IMG/VR virus record: IMGVR_UViG_3300045988_013563
Coordinates: 1 to 37,126 of that record
Reading direction: 5' to 3' (one strand)
DNA length: 37,126 bases
From: a virus
Position numbers and translations under genes: made by a program
The notes under the pieces: generated by a model
Database searches by the model: none
The model's input: only the letters and a program-made list of their open reading frames with translations
Told to the model about the DNA's origin: nothing
Shown: piece by piece, positions 23,014-32,557 of the stretch
Layout of the letters: each line of letters starts with the position of its first letter
Position numbering within the stretch: position 1 is the stretch's first letter

Positions 23014-23223
23014 CAAAGCATCCCCCCGGGTCAGACCACCCATCAAACTCGGCTCAACCAACACCAACACGCCACCTCTGAGTACAAAATATTTGGTTTA
23101 CGTTCTTTTTTTGGAAAAACCCTCGATAATGCGCTGAAAACCGTTGATACACTTGAATAAAGCGTGATAACGGTTGATAAAAATTTAGGTGCCAAGTAAA
23201 CGATATGGAAAGGATTGATATTC

Positions 23224-24438
23224 ATGGGCAAGCTGAAAGTGGAGTACAGGAATGTAGCGGGTTTGATCCCGTATGTGAATAATCCGCGTCTTAATGATGG
23301 GGCGGTGGACGCTGTAGCTGCTAGCATCAAGGAATTCGGTTTTAAAGTCCCGATTGTGGTGGATTCCGATGGTGTGATTGTCGCTGGTCACACTCGGTTG
23401 AAGGCTGCGAAGAAGCTCGGTTTGGATTCCGTACCGGTTATCGTGGCAGATGATTTGTCCCCAGAGCAGGTGAAGGCGTTCCGTCTTGCGGACAATCGTG
23501 TTGGGGAGCTTGCTGAATGGGATCTGGGGAAGCTTGATATTGAGCTTGGGGAGATCCCGGACATTGACATGGGGTCTTTTGGGTTTGAGTTGAGTACCGA
23601 TGACTGGTTCGACCGTGACACGAAGGACGGGGACAGCCACGAGGACGGCAACGATGAATATAACGAGTTCGTTGATAAGTTCAAGCCGAAGAAGACAACG
23701 GATGACTGTTATACGCCTGATAACGTGTATGACGCTGTTGCTTCGTGGGTGTCGCAGGAGTATGGGGTTGATCGCGCGGACATGGTGCGACCGTTTTATC
23801 CGGGCGGTGATTATCGTTCGGAGGATTACGCGCCGGGATGTTGCGTCGTGGATAATCCGCCGTTTTCGATCCTTGCGGAGATCCAGAGGTTCTATCAGGA
23901 GCATGGCGTGCGGTTTTTCCTTTTCGCGCCTACGCTGACACTGTTCAGCCGGGTTGATGGCGTGTGCTACATTCCGTGTGGCGAAAGCGTGACATACGAG
24001 AACGGTGCAGAAGTGGGCACGTCGTTTGTTACGAATCTGGAGCCAGATTTGATTGTGAGGACGGCACCTGCGCTCGCAGCCGCTATGCGGCAGGCGAATG
24101 ACGCGAATCTCCCTGGTGAGAAGAAGCAGCTGCCGAAATACTCGGATCCGCCAGAGGTCATCACTTCCGCCATGGTCGCTCGATGGTGCTCGCGCGGCGT
24201 TGACTTCAGGCTTCGCCGCGAGGACGCGGCACGCATTTCAACTTTGGACGCGCAGCGGCCTGAGGGGAAGGGCATTTACGGCAACGGGTTCCTGCTCTCG
24301 GAGGATGCGGCGCGTGAAGCTGGGATGGCGGCGCGTGAAGCTGAATCTGCCAGCGCGGACGGCACGGAGTACGTCTGGGAGTTGTCGGAACGTGAACGGG
24401 GCATAGTCGCGAACCTCGGAAAGACCGATGAGGATTGA
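23224..24438 (+). CDS. ParB-like N-terminal domain fused to a putative N6-adenine DNA methyltransferase
   Basis: N-terminus PYVNNPRLNDGAVDAVAASIKEFGFKVPIVVDSDGVIVAGHTRLKAAKKLG (ParB/Srx). C-terminus CYTPDNVYDAV and VVDNPPFS (motif IV, (D/N)PP(Y/F)). Confidence 0.75.
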   Translation: MGKLKVEYRNVAGLIPYVNNPRLNDGAVDAVAASIKEFGFKVPIVVDSDGVIVAGHTRLKAAKKLGLDSVPVIVADDLSPEQVKAFRLADNRVGELAEWDLGKLDIELGEIPDIDMGSFGFELSTDDWFDRDTKDGDSHEDGNDEYNEFVDKFKPKKTTDDCYTPDNVYDAVASWVSQEYGVDRADMVRPFYPGGDYRSEDYAPGCCVVDNPPFSILAEIQRFYQEHGVRFFLFAPTLTLFSRVDGVCYIPCGESVTYENGAEVGTSFVTNLEPDLIVRTAPALAAAMRQANDANLPGEKKQLPKYSDPPEVITSAMVARWCSRGVDFRLRREDAARISTLDAQRPEGKGIYGNGFLLSEDAAREAGMAAREAESASADGTEYVWELSERERGIVANLGKTDED

Positions 24439-24501
24439 GTGGAACGCGAGTTCCTATCCGAAGATTCTAAGCGATAGCCACAGAAAACGGAGGTAGCTAA
24501 T

Positions 24502-24888
24502 ATGGCAAAGATGAACCTACAAGAGCAGGCAGTCGAAATCCTGCGCATTGCTGAAGAAACGGGTGTACAGACCAATTTCTTCTTCGTAACGACTTTCAAA
24601 CGCTATCAGGTGCAGATCAAGATCCTCGCTGAGCTTGAAAAGAGCATGGACGAGAGCGGGATGCTTGTCAAGAAGGAATACGTGAAGGGCCGCAAGAATC
24701 TTTACAGTAATCCGGCTGTGACCGAATATAACAAGACCACTGATAGCGCGAACCGTACTGTCACGACGCTTATGCGAATTATCCAAGGTTTCGGCAAGTC
24801 TGACGCTGAGCGTGAAGGCGGGGACGTTGACCCGCTGTTGGCGTTGATCAATGGCGAAACCGAGGACGATGAAGACGATGAAGAATAA
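24502..24888 (+). CDS. terS: Terminase small subunit (P27-like)
   Basis: Position immediately 5' of terL, size 128 aa, pattern FKRYQVQIKILAELEKSM...NPAVTEYNKTTDSANRTVTTLMRII, and an acidic tail. Confidence 0.75.
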   Translation: MAKMNLQEQAVEILRIAEETGVQTNFFFVTTFKRYQVQIKILAELEKSMDESGMLVKKEYVKGRKNLYSNPAVTEYNKTTDSANRTVTTLMRIIQGFGKSDAEREGGDVDPLLALINGETEDDEDDEE

Positions 24889-26557
24889 AGGTTACGAGTT
24901 TTGCACTAAGTGTATTGATGAACCTGCCACGCCTAAGTATGTGCGTAAGCAGATGAAGGCGTGGATGGATATCTGCGGCGGCAAGGACGAGACTTATTTC
25001 GTTAGCCGTCGTAAGGTGAAGCAATTGTATGCGATTATGAAGCTGCTGCGGATGCCGAAGGGTTTGAAGGCCGGACAACCACTCTATGACTGCACTACCG
25101 GATATCAGTGGCTGTTCTATATCGCGACTTTATGCACGGTTCGTAGGGATAACCCGGCGAAACGTAAGTATGAGACGTGCGTGCTGGAGATTGCGCGAAA
25201 GAACTTCAAAACTTACACCATCGCCACGATCTTCATTCTGTTGTTTTTGACTGAACCGCGTTTTAGTAAATTTTACTCGGTGGCTCCAGACGGTACTCTG
25301 TCGCGTGAGGTGCGTGAAGCGATTAGCGAGACTTTGAAGAGTTCGCCTGAAGTGTTCGCGTTCAAGGACGTGGCGCGGTGGAAGATTCTACGGGATTCAA
25401 TCACCTTCAAGCCGCTCAGCACGACATATATCCCGCTCAGCTATTCGACTAGCCGCATGGACGGTAGGCTTCCTAACGCCTTCTGTGCTGACGAAGTTGG
25501 CGCATTGCCAACGTCATACGCGATTGAAGCCATGCGCTCTGGACAGCTGAATATCCTCAATAAGCTGGGCTTCATCATTTCGACCAAGTATCCTACTGTG
25601 GATAACCCGTTCGAGGACGAAGTGGCGTATTCGAAGAAGGTGCTTGACGGTATTATCGATGACCCGTCACGTTTCGCCCTATTGTATGAGCCGGATAATC
25701 CTAAGAACTGGACGGAAGACGATTTGATAATGCGTCAGGCTAACCCAGCGTCCTTGGAGATACAGGAAATCTGGGAAGACCTTAAGAAGAAGCGGGCTTA
25801 CGCTGTCGCGGTGGAATCGGCTCGTGAGAATTTTCTCACGAAGCACTGCAATATCATCTATCAGGGTGCTGGAACCGAGACTTATATCGACGTTAATGAT
25901 GTGCAGGCGTGTAAAGTCTCGCATATCGATTGGGCTGGGCGCACGGTTTACCTTGGGCTTGACTTGTCAGAAACCAACGATAATACCTCGGTCGCTATGG
26001 TCGGTGTTGACGATGACGATAACGTGCTTGCTGACGTTTTCGCATTCGTGCCTGAAGGTCGTATTGACGAAAAGAACGCCTTCGAGAAAATCGACTACCG
26101 GCAGTTTATCAGTGCAGGGAAGTGCATCGCGTGCGGTGACAAGGTTATCGACTACAAGGTTGTCGAGGACTTCATCATGGGCATCGAGGAACGTTTCGGT
26201 GTGAGGGTGCAGGCAATCGGCTATGACCGATGGAACGCTCTTAGTACTGCGCAGAAGCTTGAAGCTGCTGGATACCAGACGGTAGAGATTCGTCAGCATT
26301 CAAGCACACTGCACCCGCCAACGAAACTGCTCAAAGAAAAGATACTCAAAAAGGAATTCGAGTATGAACCGAACCGCCTATTAGAGATTAATTTTCAGAA
26401 CGCTCGATGCACCTACGACACGAACAAGAACATGTATGTCCACAAGAAGAAATCGAAGGGGAAAGTCGATATGGTCGTGAGCTTGATTAACGCTATGTAT
26501 TTGCTTCAGCAGGACGTAGACTTTAATCATATGGACTTCGTAGCACAGGTTATCTAG
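24851..26557 (+). CDS. terL: Terminase large subunit (Terminase_1-like)
   Basis: 568 aa. ATPase region VLEIARKNFKTYT, ...LDLSETNDNTSVAMV and a C-terminal nuclease region. The start is uncertain (ATGs at 24851, 24869 and 24878). Confidence 0.9.
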   Translation: MAKPRTMKTMKNKGYEFCTKCIDEPATPKYVRKQMKAWMDICGGKDETYFVSRRKVKQLYAIMKLLRMPKGLKAGQPLYDCTTGYQWLFYIATLCTVRRDNPAKRKYETCVLEIARKNFKTYTIATIFILLFLTEPRFSKFYSVAPDGTLSREVREAISETLKSSPEVFAFKDVARWKILRDSITFKPLSTTYIPLSYSTSRMDGRLPNAFCADEVGALPTSYAIEAMRSGQLNILNKLGFIISTKYPTVDNPFEDEVAYSKKVLDGIIDDPSRFALLYEPDNPKNWTEDDLIMRQANPASLEIQEIWEDLKKKRAYAVAVESARENFLTKHCNIIYQGAGTETYIDVNDVQACKVSHIDWAGRTVYLGLDLSETNDNTSVAMVGVDDDDNVLADVFAFVPEGRIDEKNAFEKIDYRQFISAGKCIACGDKVIDYKVVEDFIMGIEERFGVRVQAIGYDRWNALSTAQKLEAAGYQTVEIRQHSSTLHPPTKLLKEKILKKEFEYEPNRLLEINFQNARCTYDTNKNMYVHKKKSKGKVDMVVSLINAMYLLQQDVDFNHMDFVAQVI

Positions 26558-26567
26558 GAGGATTAAT

Positions 26568-27797
26568 ATGGGACTTTTCCATCGGAATAAACGAGACACT
26601 GAAGCACCAGCGCCGGAACCGCAGGCAAGCGATGTGCTGTTACGTGCCTTGCTCAAAGGCGAGCCGATCAATCGGCAGAAGGCTATGATGCTCCCTGCTG
26701 TGTCAGCGGCTGTGGATTTCGTCACGTCCACTATCGCTTGTATGCCGGTGAAGCTCTACAAGGAAACCAAAGGCGTGGTTGCTGAGGTGACGAATGATAA
26801 TCGCGTGACCATGCTCAATGGTGATACCGGCGATACCTTGGACGGCTACCAGCTGAAGAAAGCTATGGTAGAGGATTATCTCATGGGGAAGGGCGGGTAC
26901 TGCTACATTGCACGTTCTCGCAATGATGTTACCGGCCTATACTATGTGTCTACCGATAATGTGACCATCAATATCAATAGCGACCCGATCTATAAGGACT
27001 TTGATATCATCGTCGGAGCGAACACGTATAAGCCTTTCAATTTTGTCAAATTGCTTCGAGACACGAAGGACGGTGCTAGCGGTGTCGGCTTGACTGTGGA
27101 AGTGTCGAAGGCATTGGAGACGGCATATCAGACGCTGATATATCAATTGTCGCTTGTCAAGTCAGGAGGCAACAAGCGCGGCTTCCTCAAAGCCCAGCGT
27201 AAACTGGGGCAGGAGGAAATCAATACGCTTAAGAGTGCTTGGGCGCGACTGTACGCGAATTCAGAAGAGAATGTCGTGGTGCTGAATAATGGTGTTGATT
27301 TTCAGGAAGCGTCCAGCACGTCCACTGAGATGCAGCTGGACGAAAACAAAAAGACGCTGACCGCTGAAATCAACAATATCTTCCACATCAAGGACAATTG
27401 GGAAGAGACTTTCAGGTTCGCTATCTACCCGATTATCCGCGCTTTCGAGACAGCATTGAACCGGGATTTACTCTTGGAATCAGAGAAGAAAAAGTACTTT
27501 TTCGCGTTCGATACCAAGGAGATTATCAAGGCGAATATCAAGGAACGCTTCGAGGTGTACCAGCTGGCGAAACAGTGCGGCATCATGACGATCAACGAAA
27601 TGCGGCAAGCCGAGAACATGAATACCATCGATGGTATGGACATTCTGAATCTTGGGCTTGACAGCGTGCTATACGACACGAATACCGGTGAGATTTACAC
27701 GCCTAACACTGATTCGACCAAGCAGGGGAATAGCCTTGAATTCCCTGCTCTTGGTAGCGGTACACTTGATGCAGGAGGTGCGGCAAATGAAAATTAA
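26568..27797 (+). CDS. Portal protein (HK97 family)
   Basis: Size and position fit. Motifs LPAVSAAVDFVTSTIACMPVKLY and ...INEMRQAENMN are typical of HK97-type portals. Confidence 0.9.
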   Translation: MGLFHRNKRDTEAPAPEPQASDVLLRALLKGEPINRQKAMMLPAVSAAVDFVTSTIACMPVKLYKETKGVVAEVTNDNRVTMLNGDTGDTLDGYQLKKAMVEDYLMGKGGYCYIARSRNDVTGLYYVSTDNVTININSDPIYKDFDIIVGANTYKPFNFVKLLRDTKDGASGVGLTVEVSKALETAYQTLIYQLSLVKSGGNKRGFLKAQRKLGQEEINTLKSAWARLYANSEENVVVLNNGVDFQEASSTSTEMQLDENKKTLTAEINNIFHIKDNWEETFRFAIYPIIRAFETALNRDLLLESEKKKYFFAFDTKEIIKANIKERFEVYQLAKQCGIMTINEMRQAENMNTIDGMDILNLGLDSVLYDTNTGEIYTPNTDSTKQGNSLEFPALGSGTLDAGGAANEN

Positions 27798-28452
27798 CAT
27801 TCGCGAGGATAGCGTGGAGATCGACGGCTATGTGAACGCCGTGGAACGCTTGTCTAAGCCCTTGAATTCGCGTATCGGTAAATTCCGCGAGCGTATCAAG
27901 GCAGGGGCTTTCCAACGTGCTATCGAACGCAACGACGATATCCATGTCCTGCTCAACCATGACGCTAATCGTGACCTTGGTAGCACGAAGCAAGGCAACC
28001 TTGAGCTGCATGAGGATAATATCGGGCTTCGAGCAAAGGCGACGATTACCGACGCTGACGTGATTGCGAAGGCCAAGCATGGCGATTTAGTGGGCTGGAG
28101 CTTTGGCTTTGGCGACAGGGATGTGGATACACGCGACGTTGACGGCATGATGACCCGCGACGTGAAAGACCTTGACTTGTATGAGGTGAGTATCCTTGAT
28201 CGCTCGAAAGTACCGGCATACGACGGTACACTGATTCAGGCTAGGGATACCAATGGTGACGCTGTGAGCCTGAATACCGGTGAGGTGATGACCGACGATA
28301 AGCCGGAAGTCACCGAAGAAAAGCCGGGCGAAAAACCGGCAGATGAGACTGAGGAAGAAGCGTCAGAAAAGCGCGATATTCCGGAAGAAGAAACTAGTAC
28401 AATTGATTACAGCAAGTGGGATAATCTCATTGCTGAACTTAAGGAGGAATAG
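27787..28452 (+). CDS. Prohead protease (HK97 / S78 family)
   Basis: MKINIREDSVEIDGYVNAVE...VLLNHD...LGST...GWSFGF. ATG 27787 overlaps the portal 3' end. Acidic C-terminal tail. Confidence 0.9.
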   Translation: MKINIREDSVEIDGYVNAVERLSKPLNSRIGKFRERIKAGAFQRAIERNDDIHVLLNHDANRDLGSTKQGNLELHEDNIGLRAKATITDADVIAKAKHGDLVGWSFGFGDRDVDTRDVDGMMTRDVKDLDLYEVSILDRSKVPAYDGTLIQARDTNGDAVSLNTGEVMTDDKPEVTEEKPGEKPADETEEEASEKRDIPEEETSTIDYSKWDNLIAELKEE

Positions 28453-28456
28453 AATC

Positions 28457-29617
28457 ATGGCTCAGCTTAAGAACATGATTGAAAAAAAGAATGACCTCAT
28501 TACTCGCGCCGAGACTATCCTCAATGGCGCGGAGTCGGAGAAGCGCGAACTCACGGATGACGAGGCAGCTGAGCTGGCCGAGATTCGTGATGACGTGCGC
28601 AAGATTAAGGCCGCATTGAAGATCAACGACGAACTGGGTGCTGATAAGCAGCCGAAGGAGGAGGCGAAGCCGATGGGCGACAACGGTGGTAAGCCGCAGG
28701 ATGCCGAGGCGCGAGAACTGCGTGCCTTCGAGGCGTATCTTCGTGGCGATAAGGTGATGCAGGAGCGTGCCGGGGAGCTGACTCTTACCGATAATGGTGC
28801 TGTCATTCCAACTTCCATCGCCAACAACATCATCAAGAAGGTCTATGACGTGTCCCCGGTGCTGGAAAAGGCTCAGCGCTACAACACGAAGGGCAAGCTC
28901 CAGCTGCCGTACTACGACACTTCCACTTCTTCCATCAAGGTTGCTTACCAGTCTGAGTTTAGCCCGATTGCGTCCAGCAATGGTAAGTTTGCGAGCATCG
29001 AGCTTGGTGGATTCCTCGCTGGCGCATTGTCCAAGATCAGCAACAGCCTGATCAACAACTCTCAGTTTGATATCGTGTCCTTCGTCACCACTCAGATGGG
29101 TGAGGATATCGCACGATTCATCGAGGGCGAGCTGCTTAACGGCACGGCTTCCAAGGTCACTGGCCTGTCCACTCTTGACAACAAGCTGACTGCCGCTGCC
29201 GCGACTGCCATCACCGCCGACGAGGTTGTGAAGCTGAAGGATGCCGTCAAGGACGTGTACCAGAAGAACGCCATCTTCATCATGTCACCGGCTACCCGCA
29301 CTGCTCTCCGCTTGTTGAAGGGCAGCGATGGTCATTACATGCTTCAGGATGACATCACGGCTCCATTCGGTTCTACGCTGCTTGGCAAGCCTGTCTACGT
29401 GTCCGATAACATGGCTGACATGGCTGGCGATAAGACCGTCATCTACTACGGTGACATGACTGGCCTTGCCGTCAAGTTCAGCGAGGATATTTCTACGCAG
29501 ATTCTGCGCGAAAAGTACGCTGACGAGCACGCGACCGGTGTCGTGGCGTGGTTCGAGTTTGACGCGAAGGTGCAGGACGCTCAGAAGCTGGCGAAGCTGG
29601 TGATGGCAAGTGCATGA
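28457..29617 (+). CDS. Major capsid protein (HK97 fold) with N-terminal delta domain
   Basis: AGGAGG RBS. A coiled delta region (LKNMIEKKNDLITRAETILNGAESEKRELTDDEAAEL) is followed by a capsid core ending ...ATGVVAWFEFDAKV. Confidence 0.9.
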   Translation: MAQLKNMIEKKNDLITRAETILNGAESEKRELTDDEAAELAEIRDDVRKIKAALKINDELGADKQPKEEAKPMGDNGGKPQDAEARELRAFEAYLRGDKVMQERAGELTLTDNGAVIPTSIANNIIKKVYDVSPVLEKAQRYNTKGKLQLPYYDTSTSSIKVAYQSEFSPIASSNGKFASIELGGFLAGALSKISNSLINNSQFDIVSFVTTQMGEDIARFIEGELLNGTASKVTGLSTLDNKLTAAAATAITADEVVKLKDAVKDVYQKNAIFIMSPATRTALRLLKGSDGHYMLQDDITAPFGSTLLGKPVYVSDNMADMAGDKTVIYYGDMTGLAVKFSEDISTQILREKYADEHATGVVAWFEFDAKVQDAQKLAKLVMASA

Positions 29618-29840
29618 GATTAAGGCTCTCACATCCTTTAGCGGCATCATCAGCATGTGTGTTGGCGAGATGCGAAATGTCGATGATGACGCTATCGTAG
29701 CTGACTTGTTGCGGGCTGGCTACGTGGAGGAAATCGGCAAGCCTGCTGAAGTGGTGGAAGCTGAGGAACCGGCTAGCGTTGAGGAAGTCAAGCCGAAGCG
29801 TGGCAGGACTAAGAAAACCGCAACGGAAACCGAAGAATAG
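29610..29840 (+). CDS. Hypothetical head-module protein (76 aa)
   Basis: Conserved position after the capsid gene. IKALTSFSGIISMCVGEMRNVDDDAIVADLLRAGYVEEI followed by a charged tail. Confidence 0.55.
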   Translation: MHEIKALTSFSGIISMCVGEMRNVDDDAIVADLLRAGYVEEIGKPAEVVEAEEPASVEEVKPKRGRTKKTATETEE

Positions 29841-29863
29841 TCTAGATGATGGTGGTGGTTTGA

Positions 29864-30187
29864 ATGGAGATCAGTAAGGTATCGGATATTACGGTACAGG
29901 CGCTCGCCGATTATCTTCGTGTAGCTGACCCGTCCGAAGCTGATAATACTCTGCTTGCCGCCATCATCAAGGCTGTACCGTCGTACATGGCTAAATACAC
30001 TGGGTTGAGCGCGGCGCAACTTGATGAATCACCGGATATGGTGATTGCCGCGCTCTGCTTGGCTCAGGACATGTACGATAACCGCTCTATGTATGTTGAT
30101 TCTACTAAACAGAATCTCACTGTGCAATCAATCCTAGATATGCACAGTATTAATCTTTTACCGTCTGAGGTGAGCAACGATGATTAA
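29864..30187 (+). CDS. Head-tail connector protein (gp6-like)
   Basis: ALADYLRVADPSEADNTLLAAIIKAVPSYMAKYTGLS is the gp6-like connector pattern. Confidence 0.8.
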   Translation: MEISKVSDITVQALADYLRVADPSEADNTLLAAIIKAVPSYMAKYTGLSAAQLDESPDMVIAALCLAQDMYDNRSMYVDSTKQNLTVQSILDMHSINLLPSEVSNDD

Positions 30188-30509
30188 CGCAGGACGGTAC
30201 GGCCACAGAATCAGGATTGTCAAGGACGTGCAGACCACTGATAAAGATGGGTTCCCAACGTCCAGCCGCGAGGTAATCTTGGAGCCTTACGCTCGCGTCA
30301 AGACAACCAGAGGCTTTACACTGATTCAGAATGACAGTGACTTTGAAAAAGCTTTGACGAATTTCACGATCAGGTATCCCGGCAATACGACTATCGACCG
30401 GGATATGCTTATCGAATACAATGGCAAGACCTACACTATCGAATACGTAAATAATGTTAATGAAGCGAATATAGAGATTGAGCTTCAAGCGAAGGCGGTG
30501 ACACACTGA
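30180..30509 (+). CDS. Head closure protein
   Basis: GRYGHRIRIVKDVQTTDKDGFPTSS...YARVKTTRG...FTIRY...IEYNGKTYTIEYV is the head-closure pattern. Confidence 0.8.
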   Translation: MINAGRYGHRIRIVKDVQTTDKDGFPTSSREVILEPYARVKTTRGFTLIQNDSDFEKALTNFTIRYPGNTTIDRDMLIEYNGKTYTIEYVNNVNEANIEIELQAKAVTH

Positions 30510-30928
30510 TGGCTAGATTCGATGTGGCAATGCCTGAAGAGCTGATGAAGACTTTTGAACAGTTGGGCGCTGACACTCAGAAGATGCTTGGCGAGATGAC
30601 GCAGGCTGGTGCTGAAGTCGTGTTGAAGAGCGTGCAGGCGAATGTCCCGGCTAGCTTCCGTGATTCCGATATCATGTCTTGCTTGAAGATAACGCGAGTA
30701 TACAAGACACCTTCCGATGATGGTGTGAATACCAAGGTCGCATTCTACGGCTATTTCACTAACAAGGCTGGCGAGACGGTTCCCGCTCCACTCGTGTGCA
30801 ATGTCATGGAATACGGGCGTAGTACTAGCCCAGTGAAAAAGCACCCGTTCATGCGCAAGAGCTTCAAAAAGCAGGAAATCGAAGCGGCGATGCAAAAAGT
30901 GCAGGACAAATATATCCCGAAGGGGTGA
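30509..30928 (+). CDS. HK97 gp10-family tail completion protein
   Basis: MEYGRSTSPVKKHPFMRKSF motif and position in the module. Confidence 0.75.
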   Translation: MARFDVAMPEELMKTFEQLGADTQKMLGEMTQAGAEVVLKSVQANVPASFRDSDIMSCLKITRVYKTPSDDGVNTKVAFYGYFTNKAGETVPAPLVCNVMEYGRSTSPVKKHPFMRKSFKKQEIEAAMQKVQDKYIPKG

Positions 30929-30932
30929 GAGC

Positions 30933-31280
30933 TTGAATGAAGAGATTCTAAACCTGTTCAAAGGCTTCGCGGTAGGCGGCAAGGTCATCCCTGTGGCGTT
31001 CCAGCATTATGATGGGCATGGTGAGCCTTACGTGGTGTTTTCGCGCGAGGATGATGATAATTCGTATGCCGCCGATGACCGTATCCAAGCATGGGTGACG
31101 TACTATGATTTTGACGTTTATTCAAAGTCAAACTATCTCGCTATCGCGGATGCGGTACGAGATAAACTAAATGAAGCGGGGTGGACGTGGCAACCGTCCC
31201 GTAGCCAATGGGACATGTACGAATCCGATACCGGATACTACCATGTCACGCTTAATTTTGCTCGTGAAAGGAGCTGGTGA
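30933..31280 (+). CDS. Tail terminator-position protein (115 aa, TTG start)
   Basis: Assigned by synteny between the gp10-like protein and the major tail protein. RBS AAGGGGTGA. Confidence 0.55.
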   Translation: MNEEILNLFKGFAVGGKVIPVAFQHYDGHGEPYVVFSREDDDNSYAADDRIQAWVTYYDFDVYSKSNYLAIADAVRDKLNEAGWTWQPSRSQWDMYESDTGYYHVTLNFARERSW

Positions 31281-31282
31281 AA

Positions 31283-31849
31283 ATGGCACAAATCGGATTG
31301 ACAAATCTGTGGTATGGAATCCTTACAGAGGGCCCTGACGGTACCGCATCTTATGCTGGTGCAAAGTCCTTCGGTAAGGCTATCTCGGCCAAGGTTGACG
31401 TGTCCACGAATGACGCGACGCTTTACGCCGATGATGTGCTCGTGGAATCCGATAATAGCTTTCAAAATGCGAAGGTGACGCTTGGTGTCGCTGATGATGA
31501 TATGACAGTCTTCGCTGAGATCCTCGGTCATAAGGTGGCTGAGACTGGCGGCGAAATGGTGCGTTCCGCTGATGATGCAGCGCCTTGGGTCGGTCTTGGG
31601 CGTATCGTGACCAAGATGGTCAACGGCAAGTACGTGTATAAGGGCGAATTCCTTTATAAGGTGCGCTTCGCTGAGCCGTCTCAGGAGGACGACACCAAGG
31701 GCGAATCCATGGAATTCTCCACGCCTGAGATCGAGGGTACTGCCGCAACGCTGGCTAATGGCGCTTGGTCGGCTGCGCAGGTATTTGACACGAAGGCTGC
31801 TGCTGTCACGTGGGTCAAGGGTAAGCTGACACCCTCCAAAGGCAAATAA
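31283..31849 (+). CDS. Major tail protein (phi13/TP901-1-like)
   Basis: MAQIGLTNLWYGILTEGPDGTASYAGAKSFGKAISAKVDVSTNDATLYADDVLVESD. ATG 31283 lies 9 nt after AAGGAG. Confidence 0.85.
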   Translation: MAQIGLTNLWYGILTEGPDGTASYAGAKSFGKAISAKVDVSTNDATLYADDVLVESDNSFQNAKVTLGVADDDMTVFAEILGHKVAETGGEMVRSADDAAPWVGLGRIVTKMVNGKYVYKGEFLYKVRFAEPSQEDDTKGESMEFSTPEIEGTAATLANGAWSAAQVFDTKAAAVTWVKGKLTPSKGK

Positions 31850-31904
31850 GGCTGGGAACGTCACCACTACCGGCTCTCGGGGCTGACCTTTTCGTGAGAT
31901 AATT

Positions 31905-31940
31905 AGGGCATGGCATGGGAATGTCATGCCCTTACTTTTA
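31905..31940 (+). terminator. Hairpin/partial terminator after the major tail gene
   Basis: agggcatg (31905..31912) / catgccct (31925..31932), followed by tactttta. Confidence 0.6.
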
Positions 31941-31950
31941 GGAGGAAATT

Positions 31951-32298
31951 ATGACTAAGAAGAATGATGCGATTATCTACAAGGGGAACGAGTATCACCT
32001 TGCTTTCAACCTCAATGTCATGCAGGCAATCCAAGAGGAGTATGGCTCTCTTGACGAGTGGGGTAAGCAGACAGAAGGAGAGAATGGCGAGCCGAATGCC
32101 AAGGCCGTCATCTTCGGCTTTGCCGCAATGATCAACGAGGGCATCGACATCGACAATGAAGACAATGGTACAGACATTAAGCCGCTCACGCTCAAGCAGG
32201 TCGGTCGACTGATCGGCACTGTCGGTATGGACGCGATTACGAATCAGATGCAGGGGATCGTGGTTAGCTCCACCGAGGATGGCTCAAAAAACGAATAA
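31951..32298 (+). CDS. Tail assembly chaperone (gpG-like)
   Basis: Position between the major tail protein and the tape measure. Acidic 115-aa protein. A slippery site lies near its 3' end. Confidence 0.85.
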   Translation: MTKKNDAIIYKGNEYHLAFNLNVMQAIQEEYGSLDEWGKQTEGENGEPNAKAVIFGFAAMINEGIDIDNEDNGTDIKPLTLKQVGRLIGTVGMDAITNQMQGIVVSSTEDGSKNE

Positions 32299-32543
32299 TC
32301 CACGACGATGACGTGATTTTTGACCAAGACCCGGCCATTGATTTCGCGTGGATATTGTTCATTGGCCGGGCAAGGCTTGGGCTTTCTTCAGATCGTGAGG
32401 TTATGCGTTTGACGCTCAGGGACTTCATGGCACGGTATCAGGCATATCAAAACGTTTTCGACGTGGAGAATATGCTTCGAGTGAACAACACGACCTATGC
32501 GGCTATGAAGGCTAAGCAAGAGCGAGAAGAGGAATGGTTCTAG
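31951..32543 (+). CDS. G-T fusion chaperone produced by the -1 frameshift at 32286..32292
   Basis: The -1 frame after the slip reads R I I H D D D V I F D Q D P A I D F A W I L F I G R... and continues to the stop at 32541..32543. Confidence 0.75.
32286..32292 (+). promoter_or_regulatory. -1 programmed ribosomal frameshift site A_AAA_AAC
   Basis: In the zero frame this reads tc[a aaa aac] gaa taa. The -1 frame is open from 32292 through listed ORF 32313..32543. Confidence 0.8.
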
Positions 32544-32557
32544 GAGGTGTGTATTAA

